NCBI GenBank assembly: GCA_965261395.1
Contig: OZ253462.1
Coordinates: 1,440,001 to 1,504,000 of the forward strand
DNA from: Candidatus Latescibacterota bacterium
Lineage (GTDB): Bacteria > Latescibacterota > UBA2968 > UBA8231
Direction of reading: 5' to 3'
DNA: 64,000 nt
The notes beneath the pieces were generated by a model that was not told where the DNA came from, did not search any database, and saw nothing but the letters and a program-made list of their open reading frames with translations. The position numbers were made by a program, and so were the translations under genes. This document shows, piece after piece, positions 56,678 through 64,000 of this stretch. Positions within the stretch are counted from its first letter, which is position 1. Every line of letters starts with the position of its first letter.

Positions 56678-57606
56678 AAGCCGTCTGAAAACCCTCTGAT
56701 GTAGCCGAATTTGAAAGGGCGTACTCATCGAGCCATATTCAGGTTTCACCACAAAATCTGAACAGAAAGGCTTGTATAATGAGTACGCCGCGTAGGCAAT
56801 ATGCCACCGATCTAACCGATGGACAATGGCAGCGGATCGAACCGTTGCTGCCCGCGCCGCGCTGGCGGCTTCACGGTCCGGGTCGGCCGCCGCGGGATCG
56901 ACGCCAAATCGTCAACGGCCTTTTATATTTGAACAAGACGGGGTGTCCTTGGGCTTTGTTGCCTGCTTGTTTTGGGCCGTGGAAAACGGGGTATGATTAC
57001 TTTCGTCGCTGGAGCCTGCAAGGGGTCTGGCCGCCGGTGTTGGATCGGTTGACCAAGCGGGAACGCCGCCAGAGCGGCCGGGCGGCGATGCCGTCGGCTG
57101 GCTGCGTCGATAGTCAGACGATTAAGACCGCAACGCATGGTAAAACAACCGGGTATGACGCCGGTAAAAAGATCAAAGGCCGCAAACGGCATTTGTTGGT
57201 GGACACGTCGGGTTTGCTTCGACAGGTGGTGGTCACCGCCGCCGATGTCGATGATCGAGAGGGTTTGAAGCAGGTGTTGACCCGCTTGAAGGCCGCCGGA
57301 GTGGCTCGGTTACGCAAGCTGTGGGTTGATGGCGGCTACCAAGGCGAGGCCATCCGAACGTGGGTGGCCAACCAAAAAAAGACGCACAAAATAGACTTGG
57401 AAGTCGTCGCCAAACAAGGCTCCGGATTTACCCTAGTTAAACGCCGGTGGGTCGTCGAGCGCACCTTGGCGTGGTTGATGAATTTTCGCCGACATGCGAG
57501 AGATTATGAGGTCTTGACCCGCCATAGTGAAGCCTTGATCCAGATTGCCATGATCCACTTGCTACTTAAACGAATCAAATGAAAATTAGAGTTTTCAGAC
57601 GGCTTC
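56677..57606 (+). mobile_element. IS5-family insertion sequence (IS1031-like)
   Basis: 16-bp inverted repeats GAAGCCGTCTGAAAAC; TTA target duplication; inserted at the upstream gene's TAG, which is regenerated. Confidence 0.9.
56779..57582 (+). CDS. IS5-family transposase
   Basis: YATDLTDGQW, VDSQ, GYDAGKKIKGRKRH, VDGGY and RWVVERT.AW. Confidence 0.95.
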   Translation: MSTPRRQYATDLTDGQWQRIEPLLPAPRWRLHGPGRPPRDRRQIVNGLLYLNKTGCPWALLPACFGPWKTGYDYFRRWSLQGVWPPVLDRLTKRERRQSGRAAMPSAGCVDSQTIKTATHGKTTGYDAGKKIKGRKRHLLVDTSGLLRQVVVTAADVDDREGLKQVLTRLKAAGVARLRKLWVDGGYQGEAIRTWVANQKKTHKIDLEVVAKQGSGFTLVKRRWVVERTLAWLMNFRRHARDYEVLTRHSEALIQIAMIHLLLKRIK

Positions 57607-57652
57607 TTAGAGGCGATACTATTCATATCTATCACTTCAGACCGTCCGTCTT

Positions 57653-59059
57653 ATGAACCGAGAAGACTACTTTCGCTGGGCTGAGCGAGCTGCCCGGTGG
57701 GGTGCCGAGTACCTGGCCACGCTCGATGAGCGGCCCGTTCGGGCGCAGACCGCACCGGGTGAGATCGCGGCGCTGCTGCCTTTAGCTCCACCGGAAGAGC
57801 CGGTAGATATGGAGACGATCTTCGCCGACTTTGAGCGCATCGTACCCGACGGCATGACGCACTGGCAACACCGGCGTTTCTTTGCATACTTCAGCGCCAA
57901 CGCCGCGCCGGTTTCGATGATCGCCGAAAATTTGACGGCGGTCATGGCGGCCCAGTGCATGCTCTGGCAGACCTCACCTGCAGCTACGGAGATTGAGACC
58001 CGGATGGTCGATTGGATGCGCCAGGCCCTTGGGCTGCCGGAAGGATTCCAAGGGGTTATCCAAGATTCGGGAACGTCGGCAAATGTCTGCGCCGTACTAA
58101 CGATGCGCGAGCGAGCGCTAGACTGGCGCGGGATCAATTCTGGCATGGTGGGGGAGCAACAGGTCCGGGTCTACGCCTCACCGGAGACCCACTCGTCGGT
58201 TGACAAGGCGATCCGCATCGCCGGTATCGGCCAACAGCATCTCGTCAAAGTCCCGACCGATGGTTCCTGGGCACTCGATTCGGAGATGCTCCGCCGGGCG
58301 ATTGACGCTGATCACGCGGCGGGTTTCCTCCCGGCCGGTGTCGTCCTTTGCGTTGGGGGTACGTCGATCGGCGCGTCCGACCGCGTGCACCAGACCATCG
58401 AAGTGGCACGAGAGCACGATCTCTACGTCCACATCGACGCCGCGTGGGCTGGTTCCGCGATGATCTGTCCTGAGCTACGGGAGTTGTGGGAGGGCGTCGA
58501 GGGAGCCGACAGCATCGCCTTCAATCCCCACAAGTGGCTCGGTGCGCAGTTCGACTGCTCAATCCAGTTTCTTGCGGACCCGGAACCGCAGGTTCGCACC
58601 CTCGGCGTCCGTCCGGATTACCTCCAAACCCTCGGCCAAACCGAGATCACCAATTACAGTGAGTGGACGATCCCCTTGGGGCGTCGGTTCCGCGCTCTCA
58701 AGCTCTGGTTCCTGCTACGCGCGCACGGTCTCGAAGACCTCCGCCAGCGCATCCGGAACCATATTGCCTGGGCTGAGGAGGCCGCCGCGGCGATCGCATT
58801 GCTGGATGGCTTTCGCCTGACGACGGACTGCCACCTTTCGCTCTTCACGTTCCAGTATGCCCCCGACGGCGAGAATGCCAACGACGCCACCGAGCGCCTG
58901 CTCCGCGCGGTCAACGATGACGGCCGGATCTACCTGACGCAGACAATCCACGAGGGCCAGTTCGTCATCCGCTTCCAGGTCGGGCAGTTCGACTGTAGAA
59001 GGGAGGATGTGCTCCTGGCGGTCGATGTGCTGCGGGAACTAGCCCACGCGATCCATTAA
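57653..59059 (+). CDS. Aromatic-L-amino-acid decarboxylase (group II PLP)
   Basis: THWQH..FFAYF, SPAATE.E, HIDAAWAG, FNPHKWL and LGRRFRALKLW. Confidence 0.92.
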   Translation: MNREDYFRWAERAARWGAEYLATLDERPVRAQTAPGEIAALLPLAPPEEPVDMETIFADFERIVPDGMTHWQHRRFFAYFSANAAPVSMIAENLTAVMAAQCMLWQTSPAATEIETRMVDWMRQALGLPEGFQGVIQDSGTSANVCAVLTMRERALDWRGINSGMVGEQQVRVYASPETHSSVDKAIRIAGIGQQHLVKVPTDGSWALDSEMLRRAIDADHAAGFLPAGVVLCVGGTSIGASDRVHQTIEVAREHDLYVHIDAAWAGSAMICPELRELWEGVEGADSIAFNPHKWLGAQFDCSIQFLADPEPQVRTLGVRPDYLQTLGQTEITNYSEWTIPLGRRFRALKLWFLLRAHGLEDLRQRIRNHIAWAEEAAAAIALLDGFRLTTDCHLSLFTFQYAPDGENANDATERLLRAVNDDGRIYLTQTIHEGQFVIRFQVGQFDCRREDVLLAVDVLRELAHAIH

Positions 59060-59116
59060 GTAACATATAGTGGCCATTACCCGAACCAATTGTTCGGGTA
59101 CAAGCAGTTAGATGAC
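59057..59116 (+). repeat. attC-like repeat, copy D
   Basis: TAAC...TACCCGAAC-CAATT-GTTCGGGTA hairpin...GTTAGAT (fits GTTRRRY); starts at the upstream stop codon. Confidence 0.7.
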
Positions 59117-59124
59117 ATGAGCAA

Positions 59125-59631
59125 ATGCCTGGTATGAAAAGCCATCATCGACATCGATTTCATGGCGATCCAAAACGTTTTGATGTGCTTGCATCATATA
59201 TCGACGTGCGCTTTGGAAATACGGTCCACTATCTCGCTGATGTTGCTGGCGGGCAAGGCATGTTAACTCGGATTCTACGTAAGAGGTACAATTACGATTG
59301 CGAGGTTGTCGATCCTCGCGCCCGGACTCTCAAAGGCGTGCCAAACCGAGCCGTGGAATTCGATTCCTCGATGACTGACTACTATGACTTGATTATTGGG
59401 TTGCATGCCGACGAAGCCACTCGTCCTGTAGCCCAAGCGGCTCTTAGTCGACCGGTAATCCTCGTACCTTGTTGCAATTTTTGGTCCGAGGAGAAGCTGG
59501 GACGGGACGAATTACTCGATGCTATCGAAGATTACTACCGTTGTCATAAGGTGTCCTTTGAACGAGTCGAATTCCCGTTCAAGGGGCCCAAGAATATTGG
59601 TATTGTATCAGAGCCGCCCAAGAAATCGTAA
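59125..59631 (+). CDS. Small methyltransferase-fold hypothetical protein
   Basis: ADVAGGQG, IGLHADEAT and VPCC. Confidence 0.7.
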   Translation: MPGMKSHHRHRFHGDPKRFDVLASYIDVRFGNTVHYLADVAGGQGMLTRILRKRYNYDCEVVDPRARTLKGVPNRAVEFDSSMTDYYDLIIGLHADEATRPVAQAALSRPVILVPCCNFWSEEKLGRDELLDAIEDYYRCHKVSFERVEFPFKGPKNIGIVSEPPKKS

Positions 59632-59694
59632 GTTCAGTAAGGGGTCTCACGTCATCTAACTCTACACCTCTAACAGAGTAGGAGAAACACAGGC

Positions 59695-60057
59695 ATGGAA
59701 CGCGCGTACCCCATCCTCCGGATTGACGATTACGAAGAGGCAAAGAGCTACTACATCGAGTTTTTGGGATTCAAAATTGACTTTGAGTGGCGTCACGCCG
59801 AGGATTTCCCCATCTATATGGGCGTTTCGCGAGGCGGCTTAGCACTTCACTTATCGGAGCATCTCGGCGAACCGGCCGGCCGGCCTGGAGCAGTCCAGCT
59901 TCAAGTCGAGAACGTCCTCGAGATCTATGAAGAGCTAAAGAGTAAAAAGAGCGACATGACGGAAGAGCCCATCGACCAGGCATGGGGATCGACGGAGCTA
60001 AAGCTTATGGATCCATTTGAAAATCAGCTAACCTTCACGAGCCCTACTCCCAAGTAG
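59695..60057 (+). CDS. Glyoxalase/bleomycin-resistance (VOC) protein
   Basis: PILRI, FLGFK.DFE, LHLSEH and WG...DPFEN.L.F. Confidence 0.9.
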   Translation: MERAYPILRIDDYEEAKSYYIEFLGFKIDFEWRHAEDFPIYMGVSRGGLALHLSEHLGEPAGRPGAVQLQVENVLEIYEELKSKKSDMTEEPIDQAWGSTELKLMDPFENQLTFTSPTPK

Positions 60058-60069
60058 AAGCTAACCTTA

Positions 60070-60636
60070 ATGGAGAAGCTGACGGAACGCCTACTCCTGA
60101 GGGAGTTTACCAAACAAGACGTGGACGCCGTCGCCGAGTTTAGGAGAGACCCAAGGTATCTGGAATACTATTACCGGCCCGCCTACACTAGAGAAGAGTG
60201 CGTCCGCTTTGTAGAAAAGTGCATCGCATGGTCCAAAGAAAGTCCGAGATGCAAGTTCCAGCTAGCCATCACGGATCGCTCAAACGGGGTATTACTCGGG
60301 GACTGCGGAGTACGCACAGAAAGCATTGAGAGTCGGCGAGGCGACATAGGCTACGAGTTGTCGCCCGTTTATTGGGGTCAAGGCTTTGCCTCAGAGGCGG
60401 TCCGGAGCATCCTGCAGGTAGGTTTTGAAGATTTGGAGCTAGACGAGATTGAAGCTAGATGCGTTGTTGCAAACAAACGGTCTGTCCGGCTTCTCCACCG
60501 GCTAGGTTTCGAGGAGACCGAGCGTGTACCGCTCGGACTGAGTAGCGGCGCATTTAAGGACCGCATGTTGCCCAGGCGGTATGTATTTCTTTTGTCTCGG
60601 GACAAATGGATTGAGCATCCCCATGTTTTTTATTAG
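60070..60636 (+). CDS. RimJ/RimL-type GNAT
   Basis: TERLLLREF, IGYEL...WGQGFASEA and N..S..LL..LGF. Confidence 0.9.
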   Translation: MEKLTERLLLREFTKQDVDAVAEFRRDPRYLEYYYRPAYTREECVRFVEKCIAWSKESPRCKFQLAITDRSNGVLLGDCGVRTESIESRRGDIGYELSPVYWGQGFASEAVRSILQVGFEDLELDEIEARCVVANKRSVRLLHRLGFEETERVPLGLSSGAFKDRMLPRRYVFLLSRDKWIEHPHVFY

Positions 60637-61765
60637 GCCATTTCTCATAGCTGTTTTATGCGGCATTTTCCTCGTGTTTCCCAATGCATGTAACGGCGAA
60701 GACCCGATGAGTAGTCCAGATAAAGACCCAATGGATTCACTATATACCGTAGGCGTCTATTACTACCCCTGGTACAGCGGTGATTTTCACGGTGGCCGCT
60801 ATATGCGCAAAGAGCTGATACCGCCGCAGTTGCCGATGCTGGGCGAGTACGACGATCGCCATCCCGCTGTGATCGCCCAGCATCTCAAGTGGAGCCGACA
60901 GGCCAATATCTCGCTGTGGGTGGCGAGTTGGTGGGGGCCCGATTCGCGCGAAGATCAGACTCTGCTACAGCGCATTCTGCCGAACGATGAATTAGGTGAT
61001 ATGCAGATTGCGCTGTTTTATGAGACTACAGGACGCACAAGGGAGTTTTCAGCGTTCAACCGTGTCGCACCGGACATCGCCCATATTGCCGAACGCTATT
61101 TCAACCACCCCAATTATCTGCGGATCGATGGACGTCCGGTGCTTTTTGTCTATTTGACGCGGGTACTCTCGCGCAATGGGACGTTGGCCGAGGTGGTGGA
61201 GGCGATGCGTGTAACGGCCAGAGAGGCGGGACACGACATATACATCGTCGGCGATGAGGTTTTTGGCCAACCGTCGGCGTCTTCTGAGGCTGTTGGGCTA
61301 CTGGATGCCGTGACGAATTACGACGTGTACGGCAGTATGGGAGCAAAGGGTTATGCAGGACAGGCGGCCGTGGATTGGTATTATGCGGCGCAGGCGGGTT
61401 GGCGGGAGCTGGCTCATGCTGAAGGGACAGCATTTATACCCGCTACGACACCAGGATTTAACGACAAAGGTGTGCGCAATGGACATGAGGCTGTCTCGCG
61501 GAAGTTGAGTGAGGAAGCCGAATTTGGATCGCTATTTCGGGCGATGCTGGCGCAGGCTGTAGAGTATGCGGATGAGTCAACGGGGCGAATACTGATGGTT
61601 ACTTCGTGGAATGAGTGGCATGAGGATACACAGATTGAGCCGGTTGAAAAGGGGGGAGTGACTCGGTTGGATGGCAGCGAGACGGGGGAGGCGTTTAGTG
61701 AGGGATTGGGTTATGAGGGATATGGGGAGCGGTATTTGGAAATATTAAGGGATGGGACAGAGTAG
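60623..61765 (+). CDS. Glycoside hydrolase family 99-like protein
   Basis: YYYPWY, SWWG, PGFND, TSWNEWHEDTQIEP and YG..YL. Confidence 0.85.
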   Translation: MFFIRPFLIAVLCGIFLVFPNACNGEDPMSSPDKDPMDSLYTVGVYYYPWYSGDFHGGRYMRKELIPPQLPMLGEYDDRHPAVIAQHLKWSRQANISLWVASWWGPDSREDQTLLQRILPNDELGDMQIALFYETTGRTREFSAFNRVAPDIAHIAERYFNHPNYLRIDGRPVLFVYLTRVLSRNGTLAEVVEAMRVTAREAGHDIYIVGDEVFGQPSASSEAVGLLDAVTNYDVYGSMGAKGYAGQAAVDWYYAAQAGWRELAHAEGTAFIPATTPGFNDKGVRNGHEAVSRKLSEEAEFGSLFRAMLAQAVEYADESTGRILMVTSWNEWHEDTQIEPVEKGGVTRLDGSETGEAFSEGLGYEGYGERYLEILRDGTE

Positions 61766-61824
61766 ATATGAACCGCATACACGAAGCCAACCGTCGGCTG
61801 TGGAAGCGCAAGTGCCAATGCCCC

Positions 61825-63432
61825 TCACCCGCCCCGGCGCAGCACCTGCCCGCCCCGCGCCCCGGTCCACGCCCCGTCTTCGAGTGTGGGCACGCCGTTG
61901 ACCAGCACGTGGACCATGCCCCGGGCAGTGAGATTAGGCGCGGCGACCGTGCCCCGTTCGCGGAAGGTCTGGCCGTCGAACACCGCTAGGTCGGCCCAAG
62001 CGCCCGGGCGGATCGTCCCCCGGTCTTTTAGACCGAGGCGGCCGGCCGGCAGCCCGGTGAGACGGTGGACGGCCGCCTCCGGGGACAAAAGACCCGTATC
62101 GCGCACAAAATGCCGAAAAAACCAGCCCGCCCAGGTATAGGCCCCGTGGAAGACAGCCCCCTGTAGCGGACCGTCGGGGCACAGGGCCGTGGCGTCCGAG
62201 CCGACCATGCAGCGCGGGTGGGTGAACACCCGGCGCACCTCGTCTTCTCGGTAGCAAAAGGCTAGGATCATCGGCTCGTGGACCCGGTCCTGCGCCGCCA
62301 GCAACAACTCGCAGATAAGGTCGACGGGCTCCAGCCCCATATCCCGGCCAATATCGGCCAGACTCTGTCCGGCCAGCTCGGGACGGGGCCCGTACTGCGA
62401 CAGGAGAATCCGCTGCCAATCGCCCTGGGCCAGCCCCGCCACAATACTGCGGTACGCCCCCACTCGCCGCCGCACCTCGGGATCGCGCAGCCGCACCGCC
62501 ACTGCGGCCTGATCGCCCTCCAGCACCTCGGGCGGCAGCGCCGCGCTCAGATTCGTCGTGCCGAACAACCGCGTGTGCATATCGAAGTCCACGTCCAGCC
62601 CGGCCCGCCGCGCCCGGTCCACCTGCTCCAGGGCCCCGTCCACGGCTCGGACGCCGTCTGCGGCCAGCCGCGCCACCACTGAGATATGGGAAATCTGCAG
62701 GGCCACGCCCGCGGTTTGAGCCGTGCGGATGGCCTCGGCAATGGTCTCCTGGTCCTCGCCCGCCCGATTGCGCGTATGGGTGGCGTACAAGCCCCCGCAC
62801 TCGGCCACCACGCCGCACAACTCGGCGATCTTCTCCTCGGAGCAGGCCCGCTCCGGCCCGTATTCCAGACCCGTGGAAAAGCCAAAGGCGCCCTCCTCCA
62901 AGCTCGCCTGCAGCAGCTTTTTCATGCGCCTCAACTCATCCGGTGTGGAAGGCCGGTCCACCAGACCGGCCACGGCCAGGCGCAGCCGACCGTTGGGCAC
63001 CAAGGTCAGCACGTTGAGCGCCGGCCGGCGCTCTTGCAGCCGTTCGAGGTACTGGCCCATGCTGCGCCAGTCAATGGGATAGTCGGCAGCGTACCCGTAC
63101 ACATTCATCCGGGCGGTGGTCGGATCGGCCAGGGGGGCGCAGCCGTGGCCGCAGTTGCCCACCACTTCGAGGGTCACCCCCTGGGCAATCGAACTCATCG
63201 CCCGAGGGTCGGCCAGCAAAGTAAAATCGGAATGACTGTGGATGTCGATAAAACCCGGCGCGACCCACAGACCCGCCGCCTCCAGCACCCGATCCGCGGT
63301 CCCGGACCAGCGAGGTCCCACGCACGCAATGCGGCCGTCTTTGATCGCCACATCCGCGCTCAGGGGCGCTTTGCCCGTGCCGTCGATTACGGTGCCGCCC
63401 CTGATGAGCAGATCCGCTGGCGCCGGGCTCAT
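61825..63432 (-). CDS. N-acyl-D-amino-acid deacylase family
   Basis: GGTVIDGTG, PGFIDIHSHSD, GNCG, STGLEY, GSD and ADLAVFD. Confidence 0.9.
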   Translation of the reverse strand: MSPAPADLLIRGGTVIDGTGKAPLSADVAIKDGRIACVGPRWSGTADRVLEAAGLWVAPGFIDIHSHSDFTLLADPRAMSSIAQGVTLEVVGNCGHGCAPLADPTTARMNVYGYAADYPIDWRSMGQYLERLQERRPALNVLTLVPNGRLRLAVAGLVDRPSTPDELRRMKKLLQASLEEGAFGFSTGLEYGPERACSEEKIAELCGVVAECGGLYATHTRNRAGEDQETIAEAIRTAQTAGVALQISHISVVARLAADGVRAVDGALEQVDRARRAGLDVDFDMHTRLFGTTNLSAALPPEVLEGDQAAVAVRLRDPEVRRRVGAYRSIVAGLAQGDWQRILLSQYGPRPELAGQSLADIGRDMGLEPVDLICELLLAAQDRVHEPMILAFCYREDEVRRVFTHPRCMVGSDATALCPDGPLQGAVFHGAYTWAGWFFRHFVRDTGLLSPEAAVHRLTGLPAGRLGLKDRGTIRPGAWADLAVFDGQTFRERGTVAAPNLTARGMVHVLVNGVPTLEDGAWTGARGGQVLRRGG

Positions 63433-64000
63433 GTGCTCTCGGCTGTTCGCGTCGCTGCCCGCTGCGCCCGCAGGGCGGCCGTAGCCTCGCGGTCCACGGT
63501 TAGGGACCCGTCGAGCACCACCCCGTACTGGTCCCGGGCCGCGGCGAGCGAAACCTTGTCGTTGCCCACGTCCCGGGCCACGGCCTCGGGGTCGCGCTCC
63601 AGCGGGTCGCCCCAACCGCCGCCGCCGGCTTGGCGGTGGTAGATCACTTCGCCGGCGGCTATGGTGGTGGATATCATCGTCGGCAGGGTCTCGGCCTCGC
63701 CGGCGCGGTACAGCGTATTGATCGAAGCCGTGCCGGTCCCGCCCCCGTACAGGCCGTAGGGCAGGTGGTCGCGCCGGTCCGAGCGGATGGCCAGGTGCGC
63801 CTGGCCATCGAGCAGGCGCCACGACCGCTCGATGGCTAGACCACCGCGGAAACGGCCCGGCCCGCCGCTGTCGCCCACCAGCCCATAGCGCTCCACCCGC
63901 ACCGGGTACTCGGATTCGGCCTGCTCCACGGGGATATTGCTGGCGACATTGGCCGGATTGCACAGCCCGTCGTTGCCGTCGCGGTCCGGCCGACCGCCCC
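63429..64000 (-). CDS. Hydantoinase B/oxoprolinase, C-terminal part (partial)
   Basis: DSGGPGRFRGG, PYGLYGG, GGGGWGDPLERD and ARDQYGV; runs off the window edge. Confidence 0.9.
   Translation of the reverse strand, partial: GGRPDRDGNDGLCNPANVASNIPVEQAESEYPVRVERYGLVGDSGGPGRFRGGLAIERSWRLLDGQAHLAIRSDRRDHLPYGLYGGGTGTASINTLYRAGEAETLPTMISTTIAAGEVIYHRQAGGGGWGDPLERDPEAVARDVGNDKVSLAAARDQYGVVLDGSLTVDREATAALRAQRAATRTAEST

Noticed and set aside
56680-56689. Neisseria DNA uptake sequence GCCGTCTGAA
   Set aside because: Noticed only inside the two IS5 terminal inverted repeats; coincidental.

Overview
High-GC bacterial window. The FlgD-Ig/T9SS-like C-terminal domains, SWGxLK tail, Calx-beta/LRR surface proteins and several PhyH dioxygenases suggest (inference only) a Latescibacterota/Gemmatimonadota-like, possibly sponge-associated organism. 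There are three zones. (1) ~2.65-17.8 kb: a surface-protein island bracketed by a 47-bp direct repeat, with shuffled secretion domains, a 302-bp inverted duplication, guaA/integrase debris and a propeller-sensor AAA+ activator lacking GAFTGA, plus a shared paired-palindrome operator. (2) ~17.8-48.5 kb: mostly ordinary metabolism (ettA, sat, purN, arsC, enolase-superfamily enzymes, PhyH) and a sigma54 two-component module driving an acidic lipoprotein. (3) ~48.5-61.8 kb: a co-oriented, mostly lower-GC array with attC-like repeats but no integrase (CALIN-like) and two IS elements. It holds the top candidate: a compact three-gene operon (2-TM membrane protein + nucleoside-deoxyribosyltransferase-like protein + ThsB-like TIR) next to an AIPR gene, which looks like a non-canonical Thoeris-like anti-phage system. 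All calls come from motif recognition by eye; no searches were run.
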